Below are positions 1-9,103 of a stretch of 32,176 nt of DNA, one piece after another. Each line of letters starts with the position of its first letter. The stretch's first letter is position 1. The position numbers and the translations under genes were made by a program. The notes under the pieces are model-generated. The model saw only the letters and a list, made by a program, of their open reading frames with translations. It was not told the origin of the DNA and made no database searches. The stretch is from a bacterium (GTDB taxonomy: Bacteria; Hydrothermota; 32-111): NCBI GenBank assembly GCA_050239825.1, contig JBFXGO010000011.1:1-32176 (forward strand), written 5' to 3'.

Positions 1-2
1 TC

Positions 3-299
3 ACCCTTGAGAAGAGACGGGGAACGGATCCGGACGTGGAGAGAGATGATGAACCTGTAAATATACTCATTGCAAATCCTCAAATCGGACTATCTTATGC
101 AATATACGGTTATGGAAGCGGAGGATTGATATACTCGACATCATACTATTCCGGTTCGTCAAATCAAAACAGGCAAAGAGTGGGGATAAATCTGAATTTC
201 AGAAAGAATGCCTTTGAATTCTCAACAAGCGGCAATTATCAAATTACTAAATTTTATAAAATTCTTGAATTTGAAGTTCAATTGAGAATAATTCTCTGA
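3..299 (+). CDS. 3' part of a gene entering from the left edge; possibly an outer-membrane beta-barrel protein
   Basis: Frame is open from position 3 to TGA 297-299. The C-terminus has alternating hydrophobic strands (VGINLNF, FEFSTSGNY, LEFEVQLRIIL). Confidence 0.5.
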   Translation, partial: TLEKRRGTDPDVERDDEPVNILIANPQIGLSYAIYGYGSGGLIYSTSYYSGSSNQNRQRVGINLNFRKNAFEFSTSGNYQITKFYKILEFEVQLRIIL

Positions 300-312
300 T
301 TTACAGTTCCGG

Positions 313-665
313 TCAGATTTTTATGATATCGGAAGGGGAGTCGTAGGGGGCAATTTTATAATCAATAAGAGGGAAGTTTGACTGTAGCTTTTCAATGACC
401 TCTTCATAGAGAATGTCGGGATGGTTGCTTCTTTTACTTAAATGAATAAATAGTATGGTTTTAAGATTATTATGATAAAGTTCTGCTATAGCTTCTCCCG
501 CCTGATTGTTGGAGAGGTGTCCGAACTCAGATTTTATCCTTATCTTTAGTATTTCTAGATAGTTACATGTTTCAAGCTTAATAACTGAGTGATTTGATTC
601 GATTATAAGGAGATTTACATTTCTGAACAGTTCAAAATGCTCCTTGTAGAGCATTCCGGCATCTG
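313..665 (-). pseudogene. 5'-truncated YycJ/WalJ-like MBL-fold metallo-hydrolase (C-terminal half only)
   Basis: Motifs DAG..., LLIIESNH, KIRIKSEFGHLSN.QA and HLSKRSNHP match the YycJ C-terminus. The HxHxDH N-terminal half is absent, and homology stops at the IS end (666). Confidence 0.75.
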
Positions 666-691
666 GAGACTTGTCAAGGAAGTTGTGTAAA
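666..691. repeat. IS256-type terminal inverted repeat (transposase 3' side, IRR)
   Basis: GAGACTTGTCAAGGAAGTTGTGTAAA; carries an outward-facing TTGACA on the minus strand at 677-672. Confidence 0.8.
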
Positions 692-996
692 GAGGGATTA
701 GTATTCATAAGGGAGTTCTCCAAAGAGATTAACGAAGGATTGGCGGAGGTAATATAATTTAGCAATGATTTTAGGGTAACCGTTTTTCCATTTAGGTAAC
801 GGATATAAATATTAATGAAAAGGATATCTTCGGATTGGAAGAACCCGCCCTTTTGCTATCGAATGTGTTCGAGGGAGAAGTTTTTCTTGCATTTCTGAGG
901 AGATGAACCAAACACAATTGTCTTTTGGAATTAAGGTACATTATTTGGTTCAATGTCTCCTTTTCATTAATCTTATTATATTCCACTTCTATTAAT

Positions 997-1022
997 TTTA
1001 CACAACTTTTATTATACTCCCC
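997..1022. repeat. IS256-type terminal inverted repeat (transposase 5' side, IRL)
   Basis: Minus strand reads GGGGAGTATAATAAAAGTTGTGTAAA, 17/26 identical to the other end, and contains an inward-facing TATAAT. Confidence 0.8.
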
Positions 1023-1026
1023 GATA

Positions 1027-1055
1027 TTGCCATAATTATATTTTTTTGATATAAT
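1027..1055 (+). promoter_or_regulatory. Sigma70-type promoter for the carbamoyltransferase operon
   Basis: TTGCCA-17 bp-TATAAT with an extended -10 TG; SD AGGAGG at 1073-1078. Confidence 0.7.
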
Positions 1056-1082
1056 ATAATGTTATTTGAAACAGGAGGTTTA

Positions 1083-2900
1083 ATGTATATTTTAGGACTA
1101 AATATCGGACATGACGCGACTGTAACTCTTATAAAGGACGGCAAGATACTCTCTGCAATTGCAGAGGAGAGGGTTTCAAGGGTGAAATTCCATTTTGGGT
1201 TTCCGTACGGAGCAATAAGGGAATGTTTGAGAATAGCAAATGTAAAAGGAAATGAAATTGAAAAAGTCGTACTCTCATTTGACAATGACCTTTCAAGGTC
1301 GCCATTTCATTATACAGACCTGATTGTTTACAGAAGCGGCACAATAGACCCGTCAAATGAAATAGATAATAGAAAAAAATATGATACAGCAAAAGAAATT
1401 ATTTTCAGAAAAATAATTGGTGAAAAAAGATATTGGAAGATGACGAGACAATACGCAGTGAAGCATATTACGAATGCAATAAAAAAGTGCGGAGTTGATA
1501 ATTTCATTTTATCCACTGTTGACCATCACCTCTGCCATGCCGCATCCGCCTATTATGAGGGAGGAAAAAATGAGGCACTGATTGTGACTATGGATGGAGC
1601 GGGCGACGGATTATCCGCCACAGTGAGCATAGGGCGCGACGGCAAAATTGAGAGGCTGAGCGAAATAGAAGATATTTACTCAGTAGGAAGGTTTTACTCA
1701 GCAATAACAAAGTTCCTCGGATTTAAAAGGAACCGCCACGAGGGCAAGATAACAGGTCTCGCCGCTTACGGAGATCCGATGAAGCTTTATGATGTATTGC
1801 GCAAACTGATAGACATATCCGAAGACAAAAAATCATTCTACTGTCCGCTTGCAGGAGAGGACCTCAAGGATGACAAGCTTAGAAAGAGCCAGGTGAGATC
1901 ATTCCTCGCGGGGAAATACTATGGACACAATTATACGAATCTTTATCTGGAATACCTTTCTGAGAAATGCGCAAACGAAAAGCGCGAAGATATTGCGGCG
2001 GCAGCGCAAAAACTCACAGAAGACATTGTGGTTGAGTATGTATCCAGCTTTGTTAAAAATACAAGAATCTATGATATAGTGCTTGCCGGAGGACTCTTCT
2101 CTAATGTAAAGGTCAATCAGAGAGTTCTTGAAATAGAGGGTGTAAAGTCGGTTTTCATACATCCTAATATGGGAGACGGCGGCACATCGGCAGGAGCCGC
2201 TTATGTTGAGTATGCAAAGCATCTTGAAACAAAAAAACAAAAATTCATGCCATTTACAATTGACAATGTCTATTACGGTCCCGAGTTCAATGACGAGGAG
2301 ATACTTGAATCGTTAAAGAGATTTGATGGGCTGGACTACAGATTGAGCTCCGATATAATTAAAGAGACTGCGGAGATGATAAAAAACAAAGTTGTAGTGG
2401 GATGGTTTCAGGGAAGGATGGAATACGGACCGCGCGCTCTTGGGAACAGGTCGATACTCTTTGATCCGGGTGACAAAAAAATAAATGACTGGCTCAACAA
2501 GAGGCTGAGAAGAACGGAGTTTATGCCGTTTGCTCCTTCCGGAATTTTTGAAGAGGGAGAAAATGTCTTTAAAAACTTCTCGAAAGGAGAGTATCCCGCA
2601 TATTTCATGACAATAACTTTTGATGTTAAGGAAGAATGGCAGAAAAAGATTGACGCAGTAAATCATGTTGACAATACGGCTCGTCCGCAGATGGTCAAAG
2701 AGAAACAGAATCCTCTATACTACAGACTCCTAAAGGAGCATCAGAAAATCACCGGACTCCCTCTTTTTGTGAATACAAGCTTCAATATGCATGAGGAGCC
2801 GATACTCTGCACCCCTGATGATGCGATGAGGTCTCTTAAGAACAACTGCGTTGATGTTCTCGTAATCGGGAATTACATAGTAAAACAGAAAGGCAAATGA
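1083..2900 (+). CDS. NodU/CmcH-family O-carbamoyltransferase
   Basis: Motifs GHDA, AEER, HHLCHAASAY, MDGAGD, HEGKITGLAAYG, GRMEYGPRALGNRS, MPFAPS, HVDNTARPQ, NTSFN. ATG 1083 follows the SD. Confidence 0.95.
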   Translation: MYILGLNIGHDATVTLIKDGKILSAIAEERVSRVKFHFGFPYGAIRECLRIANVKGNEIEKVVLSFDNDLSRSPFHYTDLIVYRSGTIDPSNEIDNRKKYDTAKEIIFRKIIGEKRYWKMTRQYAVKHITNAIKKCGVDNFILSTVDHHLCHAASAYYEGGKNEALIVTMDGAGDGLSATVSIGRDGKIERLSEIEDIYSVGRFYSAITKFLGFKRNRHEGKITGLAAYGDPMKLYDVLRKLIDISEDKKSFYCPLAGEDLKDDKLRKSQVRSFLAGKYYGHNYTNLYLEYLSEKCANEKREDIAAAAQKLTEDIVVEYVSSFVKNTRIYDIVLAGGLFSNVKVNQRVLEIEGVKSVFIHPNMGDGGTSAGAAYVEYAKHLETKKQKFMPFTIDNVYYGPEFNDEEILESLKRFDGLDYRLSSDIIKETAEMIKNKVVVGWFQGRMEYGPRALGNRSILFDPGDKKINDWLNKRLRRTEFMPFAPSGIFEEGENVFKNFSKGEYPAYFMTITFDVKEEWQKKIDAVNHVDNTARPQMVKEKQNPLYYRLLKEHQKITGLPLFVNTSFNMHEEPILCTPDDAMRSLKNNCVDVLVIGNYIVKQKGK

Positions 2901-4051
2901 AATATTCCTCAGTAATCTGCTTTGCCGGCGGCGACTGGTGGTATCACCATCCGCACTCTTACAATCATCTGATGAGGCTGTTTGCAGAGAATGTGAAAGT
3001 GCTCTATGTCAACTCGCTCCCTGTAGGCGGCGTAAAAGGAGCGGCCGGTTCTAAAAGGATTTTCAACAAGCTTAAAAGCATTCTGAGATTTTTCAAAAAG
3101 GCGGAAGATAATTTGTTTGTTTTTACTCCTGTATTCATACCGATGAAGGAGAGCAGACTGCTGCTTGAGCTGAATTCTTTTCTTCTTGATTTGCAGATAA
3201 GAATAATTTCATTGATTCTAAAACTCGATGACCCTCTTCTATGGATTACAAATCCGAACGGTTATATATACTTAAGAAGAGGAAAAAAAAAGAAAATAGT
3301 ATATCAAATAGTAGATAAGGTCTCTGCATACAAACATGCCGGGTCTCTCATGAGAGATTTTGACAAAAAACTGTCGAAAGAGGCTGATATGATATTTGCT
3401 CCCGGAAGAGTTTTGTGTGAGAATAAAAAAAAATTATATCCGCATAAGACATTCAGAGTAAAGCATGGAGTTGACACGGAGCATTTTACAGGAAAAAGCG
3501 CAGATAAACCTGCCGACTTTCCGAAAAACAACCGGAAGACCTTCACATACTGGGGTTCCATAGATTATAAAAAAGTAGATTATGCTCTGTTGAAGCATCT
3601 TGGAGAGGAGTGCAGGGATTTCAACATACTTCTCATAGGGAGAATCTTTGATTTTAAAAGAGACGACTTTCTCTCGTATGACAATATTTATTTTATCGGG
3701 GAAAAGAATTATGACGAACTCGGAGTTTATGCATGCCATTCTGACGGTTTCCTTATACCCTGGGACAGCAGGGATGAGATGAACAAAAATGCTTCTCCGA
3801 TAAAACTGAGAGAATATCTGTCCACAGGAAAGCCTGTTGTAGCAACCTACATACCCGAATTTGAAGAGTTTCGAGAATATATATACATTTCAAAGGATGA
3901 GAAGGAATTTGCGGAAAATATGAGAACAGCAGCTGCTGAAAATAATTTTCAACTTGAAAAAAAGAGAAAGGAATTTGTAAAACAAAGCGGATGGAGAAGC
4001 GTATATGAAGAGATTTATGCTCTTATTTCTGATTTCAATACTATCGTTTGA
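2897..4051 (+). CDS. GT-B glycosyltransferase (GT4, TuaH-like)
   Basis: HGVDTEHF, YWGSID and SPIKLREYLSTGKPVVAT motifs; ATGA overlap with the upstream gene. Confidence 0.9.
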   Translation: MKYSSVICFAGGDWWYHHPHSYNHLMRLFAENVKVLYVNSLPVGGVKGAAGSKRIFNKLKSILRFFKKAEDNLFVFTPVFIPMKESRLLLELNSFLLDLQIRIISLILKLDDPLLWITNPNGYIYLRRGKKKKIVYQIVDKVSAYKHAGSLMRDFDKKLSKEADMIFAPGRVLCENKKKLYPHKTFRVKHGVDTEHFTGKSADKPADFPKNNRKTFTYWGSIDYKKVDYALLKHLGEECRDFNILLIGRIFDFKRDDFLSYDNIYFIGEKNYDELGVYACHSDGFLIPWDSRDEMNKNASPIKLREYLSTGKPVVATYIPEFEEFREYIYISKDEKEFAENMRTAAAENNFQLEKKRKEFVKQSGWRSVYEEIYALISDFNTIV

Positions 4052-5327
4052 ACTGTTTCCGGCAGAGACAACATTGATTGTCCCTCCGTTTCAGCACTCC
4101 CTCGGGTACCACAAAGCAAATTCATCAATAGCCAAGATGGTTTTGGGAAAGAAGGTGGATTTTCAGAGAATAGGAGGGATATACGCATTGAAACTCAATC
4201 AGCTTGATGATAAAACATCCAAGAATGACGATGCGATACTCTCCCTCTTCGGACTCAACAACCATCAGATTGTATACAATGTGGGTCTTAAGAAGTTGAA
4301 GACTTATGGTAAACAGGGCAGGGCAAGGCTTGAAGACAGATTTTTCTATCCTTTTGATATTTCAGTTACACCGACCGGAGTTCTCTATTTGTCTGATATG
4401 TACAATTTCAGACTTATGAAATTCAAATACGATGAGGATGATTCTCTTAGATTTATCCGCGAATTCGGGAAAATCGGTTCTGACTCTTTCTCTCTGGATA
4501 TGCCAAAGGGAATTGACTATTCGGCAGTTGAGGATATATATATATGCGACAGCAGAAACAATAGAATTATGGTTGTTGACTCCACGTTAAAACCCAAGAT
4601 GATATTTGACAATATAAATTCTCCCCATTCGATAGCGGTCATTGATTATGACAAGAGGTACATGACAATAAAAGGTCCTTTGTCGGTCATAGTTTCAAGC
4701 GGCAGGAATCACCTGTACAAACTTGGACCGCACGGACAGATACTCGCAGAGGTCTTTCCGCAGGACCTGACTTTATTCAATCAGATAGATTTCAATTTCA
4801 TAGATTATGATTACCATGGCAATGTGTGGGTTACAGACACTGTAAACAGCTGTGTGCACAAATTCGACAATGACCTAAAATACATAACATCATTCGGCTC
4901 CGAGGGGAGCGGAAACAACCAGTTCATTAAACCGGAAGGCATAACGATTTACAGAAAATTCGGGCAGGTCTTCATAGCGGAGAGAACAGGTTTTCAATAC
5001 TATTGGATAGGAGTGGACGGATACCTGAAAGAATTCACTCCATCAGTGATTTCAGACACTACAGAGGGGCTGACAATATCCCTTTATACGACTGAGCAGT
5101 GCAATGTTACCATTGAGATAACAAAAAAGGGAAAGAAGGTCAGAACTCTTACCCAGAATCTAAAAAGGTCAATCGGTCTTAATTACATACTGTGGGATTT
5201 AAAGAATGAAGAGGGCAATTTAATCACAGAGAAGGGCAGATATGATATGAGGATAACCCTTGAAGCCCTCTACTCTTCAAGAGGATATTTTTCAAAGGAG
5301 ATAAAACATTACATTGAAAAAATTTAG
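4005..5327 (+). CDS. Secreted NHL-repeat beta-propeller protein with a C-terminal FlgD-like Ig domain
   Basis: Signal peptide; NHL repeats (FYPFDISVTPTGVLYLSDMYNFR, MPKGID..IYICDSRNNRI, FGSEGSGNNQFIKPEGI); FlgD-like WDLKNEEGN..KGRY. Confidence 0.8.
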   Translation: MKRFMLLFLISILSFELFPAETTLIVPPFQHSLGYHKANSSIAKMVLGKKVDFQRIGGIYALKLNQLDDKTSKNDDAILSLFGLNNHQIVYNVGLKKLKTYGKQGRARLEDRFFYPFDISVTPTGVLYLSDMYNFRLMKFKYDEDDSLRFIREFGKIGSDSFSLDMPKGIDYSAVEDIYICDSRNNRIMVVDSTLKPKMIFDNINSPHSIAVIDYDKRYMTIKGPLSVIVSSGRNHLYKLGPHGQILAEVFPQDLTLFNQIDFNFIDYDYHGNVWVTDTVNSCVHKFDNDLKYITSFGSEGSGNNQFIKPEGITIYRKFGQVFIAERTGFQYYWIGVDGYLKEFTPSVISDTTEGLTISLYTTEQCNVTIEITKKGKKVRTLTQNLKRSIGLNYILWDLKNEEGNLITEKGRYDMRITLEALYSSRGYFSKEIKHYIEKI

Positions 5328-6105
5328 TTTCTTTGCTTTTATTTTGGCGGCAATAGCGGTAAGCGGAGGAGGCATAGTTTCAATGGCTCCAAACATTACA
5401 GAGTCGATATTCTTTCTGGGCGAAGATTCGCTTCTTGCAGGAAGAACATTGTACTGCGATTATCCCAAAGAAGCGGAAAATATCGAAATCACAGGAACAT
5501 TCATTGAGATGGATTATGAAAGAATATTTCTTTTAAACCCCGATCTTGTTATATTCAGCGGAAATATGACATCAAAGGAGAGAAAGTTTCTTGATGAAAA
5601 CAAAATAAATTATACGGATATAAAAATGGAGAGAGCCGATGAGATAATCCCCTCTTTGTTAAAGCTTGATTCGATATTAAGCAACTCTAAACACAAAGCG
5701 AAGATAGATTCGTTGCAACAGGAAATTTATGTCGGCATGTCGGCAGAGAGTTCGAAAGTGTTTGTTGAGATGAGCTCCAAGCCCCTTGTATCGGCAAATA
5801 AAAAGAGTTATGCGGGAAGCATTCTCGAACTTATGGGATACTCTGTATTTTCAGATTCAAACTACAGCTCGTACTCATCCGTTTCACAGGAGAATGTAAT
5901 CTCTTTCAATCCGGCAATGATAATTGTGCTTCACTCGGAATCGAAGGTTGAAGAGAGACTCGGATGGCAGAGCATAAATGCAGTCAAGAACAAAAGAATT
6001 GTATATATGAACAGAGAGGAAACAGACATTCTCTCGAGACCGGGTCCGCGAATAAAAGAGGCTGTCAGGATACTGGAGGAAATTCGTGAAAAAAATCCTC
6101 TATAG
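5314..6105 (+). CDS. btuF: BtuF-like cobalamin/Fe-chelate periplasmic binding protein
   Basis: IVSMAPNITE.IF.LG, GRTLYCDYP, PDLVI, AVKNKRI and LSRPGPRI motifs. Confidence 0.8.
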   Translation: MKKFSFFAFILAAIAVSGGGIVSMAPNITESIFFLGEDSLLAGRTLYCDYPKEAENIEITGTFIEMDYERIFLLNPDLVIFSGNMTSKERKFLDENKINYTDIKMERADEIIPSLLKLDSILSNSKHKAKIDSLQQEIYVGMSAESSKVFVEMSSKPLVSANKKSYAGSILELMGYSVFSDSNYSSYSSVSQENVISFNPAMIIVLHSESKVEERLGWQSINAVKNKRIVYMNREETDILSRPGPRIKEAVRILEEIREKNPL

Positions 6106-7033
6106 GATATTGTACCCCCTCTCTTTCATTCTGCTGGCTTTTTTTTATTTTACATTTGAATCAGACATATCCTCGCCCTCAACAATGCAGATGCTGCTTT
6201 ACATACGACTCCCGAGAATTGTGCTTGCGGTTCTTACAGGCGCAGGACTTGCAATGTCGGGAGCTGTTATGCAGACTCTCTTCAAAAATCCGCTTGCAGA
6301 CCCCTACATGCTCGGAATATCAGGAGGGGCTCTCTTCGGAGCGATGCTTTCAAAGCTTATTGCAGGCGGAAATATCGCAGTCTTAGTTTGCATGTCGTTT
6401 TTGTTTGCGTATTTTTCATTTTTTCTCTCTTTATTTCTCTCGAAGATTGTAAAGGGCGATAAAAGATTCACGCTCATCATGTCGGGGCTGATACTCAATA
6501 TACTTTTTTCATCTCTCGTTATAGTTCTTTCAATGATGATGAAAGCCGACTCCAAGGACCTCTTTTACCTTCTGATGGGTTCAATGAATATTATAATTAT
6601 AAAAAAATATATTTATCTTTACATCATATTAGGCATACTGCTGATATTTGCATTTGTGATTACAATAGTGAAATCAAAAGAGCTTGATTTGATGGCATTC
6701 GGCGATGAAGTCGCATTTTCAAGCGGAGTTGACGCAAAAAAAACATTTGACATGATGATGATTGTATCGGTCTTTATTGTCTCTGTTTTAGTCTCTTTCA
6801 CCGGAATAATAGGGTTCATAGGTGTTCTCATACCCAATATGGCAAGAGTATCGGGAAGCCGGAAGCATATCAATCTTCTTCCGCATTCGGCTTTTTTCGG
6901 AGCATTCGCAATGCTGTTGTCTGATTTCATAGCCAAGAATCTTTTTTTATTTGAAATGCCTGTCGGTGTTGTAACATCGATAATAGGCATTCCGTTTCTT
7001 TTCATAGTTCTGAAGAGAAGGTCGGATGATTAG
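6086..7033 (+). CDS. FecCD/BtuC-family ABC permease
   Basis: IRLPR, QTLFKNPLADPYMLGISGGA, GIIGFIG and PVGVVTSIIGIP motifs; multiple TM segments. Confidence 0.92.
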   Translation: MKKILYRILYPLSFILLAFFYFTFESDISSPSTMQMLLYIRLPRIVLAVLTGAGLAMSGAVMQTLFKNPLADPYMLGISGGALFGAMLSKLIAGGNIAVLVCMSFLFAYFSFFLSLFLSKIVKGDKRFTLIMSGLILNILFSSLVIVLSMMMKADSKDLFYLLMGSMNIIIIKKYIYLYIILGILLIFAFVITIVKSKELDLMAFGDEVAFSSGVDAKKTFDMMMIVSVFIVSVLVSFTGIIGFIGVLIPNMARVSGSRKHINLLPHSAFFGAFAMLLSDFIAKNLFLFEMPVGVVTSIIGIPFLFIVLKRRSDD

Positions 7034-7787
7034 AACAGAGAATCTCTCTTTCGGCTATTCAAAACAGAAAATCATCTTGAATAATGTCACCATCGGCATT
7101 GACCAACCGGGTATATACTCTGTAATAGGGTTGAACGGAGCCGGCAAATCAACCCTACTGAAACTTTTAGCCGGCATATTGAAACCAAGCAAGGGAAAAG
7201 TACTCCTCGGTTCAAATGACATTGCGGACATGAATTACTCCGAACTTTCAACCCACAGAAGCTATCTGCCTCAGAATGTGTTTTTGCCGGTTGATTTTCC
7301 GGTAATTGACTTCATCAGGTACGGAGCATATGCTGAAATGGATATATTTTCAAGAATAAGCGCACAGAGGGAGAAAACAATTCATTCTGTTATGGAGGAG
7401 ATGAACCTTCTTGACCTGAAAAACAGAATGACATCCACTTTAAGCGCGGGGGAAATGCAGAGAATTCATATTGCCAAAGCTCTCGTTCAGGGAGGAAAGC
7501 TGATACTGATGGACGAGCCGGTCAGCACCATAGATGTTTCTTTCAGAAAGAAATTCATAACAATAATGAGAAAACTCGCAGTTGACAGGATAGTGATTCT
7601 CGTAACCCACGACCTACAGCTGGCATTCGGACTCTCAAAGAGGATAATATGTGTAGGTAATGGAAGCATCATAGCGGATGATTCACCTGAAAAAACAATA
7701 CATCTGCTTGAAGGATTATACAGAGAGAGGATACCCTACATTATTCATGATAAAAAATTCATATTCATAGATGAGGAGGAAATGTGA
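7026..7787 (+). CDS. ABC ATP-binding subunit (BtuD/FecE type)
   Basis: Walker A GLNGAGKST, signature LSAGEMQR, Walker B ILMDEP, H-loop VTHD. Confidence 0.92.
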   Translation: MIRTENLSFGYSKQKIILNNVTIGIDQPGIYSVIGLNGAGKSTLLKLLAGILKPSKGKVLLGSNDIADMNYSELSTHRSYLPQNVFLPVDFPVIDFIRYGAYAEMDIFSRISAQREKTIHSVMEEMNLLDLKNRMTSTLSAGEMQRIHIAKALVQGGKLILMDEPVSTIDVSFRKKFITIMRKLAVDRIVILVTHDLQLAFGLSKRIICVGNGSIIADDSPEKTIHLLEGLYRERIPYIIHDKKFIFIDEEEM

Positions 7788-9103
7788 AGAGGACTATTAT
7801 ACTGCTATTTGCTGTGTTGAGCTCCGCTATTCTTTTTTCAGAAGTGGTTGGGAAAGTGGAAAAGATAATACCTACTTTCACAAAGAATGACTTTATACTC
7901 GCGCAGTGTACATTCAAGGAGGGAGGCACAATCGGGAAGGATGACATAACAGAATCCATACTTAATTTGAAGAAGACAGACCTTTTCGGATTTGTTGACA
8001 TTGAGGTCATGAAAGTGGATTCCGGCATGAATGTGAGAGTGCAGAATGACTCTATTGTAAAGACATGTGATACTGACACAGTTGAAGTTTATCTCATCAC
8101 GAAAGAGATGCTTGCGTTTCTCCCGTCGTTTGGTTATTCTCTTTCAAGTCCATACTATATAACTCTTGGAGCATTCTTCGGGAACCTCTGGAGAATAAGA
8201 CACAAGATAGAGTTCTTTGTCACATTCCTTCAAGTGAAGGAGTTCGCTGTGGAGTACACCATTCCTTCTGTCTATTCAAGAAAGTACAGCGGGATATTCA
8301 GGGGAGCGGTCAATGAACAGTCAAGGGGGCTTTTAGGAATATTTGAATACCATAAAACAGCTCACATCGGCGCCGGCTATGCAATTGACCCCAAGATAGT
8401 GCCTCTATTCATCGTCGGATACGACAGAGTGAATTTTAAGGATGACTCTGTTTCATTCTCTTTCATGGAAGACGATTCAATAGGGTATGACGAATTTTCG
8501 TTTGTTGAGGCAAAACTGACGACAGACCACAGAAATGACCCGTATTTCACAACAAAAGGATTTTATTCTGAGACCTCTTTCAGGCAGAATATCAACTTTT
8601 GGTCCACACCCATAAATCATAATCTCTTCATCGGGGAGTACAGACTCTTCATTCCTCTTATGTCGGGAACAGTTGCATTCAGAAACAGGTTTACTCTATC
8701 ATCCGGTGAGCTTGCATACTATAATCTTATTGAACCGGAGGAATTTGAAAACAGAGCTGTGCCGGACGAAGACCTTGTCGCATACAACAGGTATTCCGGC
8801 AATCTTGAACTCAGATACCCTTTTCCGTTTAAATATACTCTTGAATATCCTATATTGGGCACAATATCAATCAATTTTCTTGCGACAGTCTTTGCAGACT
8901 GGACTCTGACAGACACACTGATAAGCGAAATGTCTCTCTTTGATTTCAATTCCTATATGTATGGCTTCGGAGCCGGATTACTTGTCTATTCAGAGCTTTT
9001 CAATGCAATAGGTCTTGAAGTGGGATACAATCCTGCAAGCGACTCAGGGGAGATACTGAAAAATCTGAAGTATAATATTTTGCTTCTTACCTGGAATTTC
9101 TGA
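7784..9103 (+). CDS. Small Omp85 (BamA/TamA-family) outer-membrane protein
   Basis: Signal peptide; POTRA-like NLKKTDLFGFVDI; DHRNDPYFTTKGFY, NLELRYPF, FADW and YGFGAGL motifs; terminal Phe (TWNF). Confidence 0.75.
   Translation: MKRTIILLFAVLSSAILFSEVVGKVEKIIPTFTKNDFILAQCTFKEGGTIGKDDITESILNLKKTDLFGFVDIEVMKVDSGMNVRVQNDSIVKTCDTDTVEVYLITKEMLAFLPSFGYSLSSPYYITLGAFFGNLWRIRHKIEFFVTFLQVKEFAVEYTIPSVYSRKYSGIFRGAVNEQSRGLLGIFEYHKTAHIGAGYAIDPKIVPLFIVGYDRVNFKDDSVSFSFMEDDSIGYDEFSFVEAKLTTDHRNDPYFTTKGFYSETSFRQNINFWSTPINHNLFIGEYRLFIPLMSGTVAFRNRFTLSSGELAYYNLIEPEEFENRAVPDEDLVAYNRYSGNLELRYPFPFKYTLEYPILGTISINFLATVFADWTLTDTLISEMSLFDFNSYMYGFGAGLLVYSELFNAIGLEVGYNPASDSGEILKNLKYNILLLTWNF

Larger units (their letters stand above)
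666..1022 (-). mobile_element. Internally deleted, non-autonomous IS256-family element
   Basis: Imperfect 26-bp terminal inverted repeats with a shared 12-bp core AAGTTGTGTAAA. Minus-strand transposase fragments lie in three frames: RQLCLVHLLRNARK (IS256 CxxH motif), EHIR*QKGGFFQSEDILFINIY, and KWKNGYPKIIAKLYYLRQSFVNLFGELPYEY*. Confidence 0.85.

Noticed and set aside
649..677. Hybrid promoter from the IS's outward TTGACA into the yycJ remnant
   Set aside because: No credible -10 box at 16-18 bp spacing (reads ATGCTC).
792..986. 64-aa minus-strand ORF as a functional gene
   Set aside because: It is a mosaic of IS256 transposase fragments inside the deleted IS.
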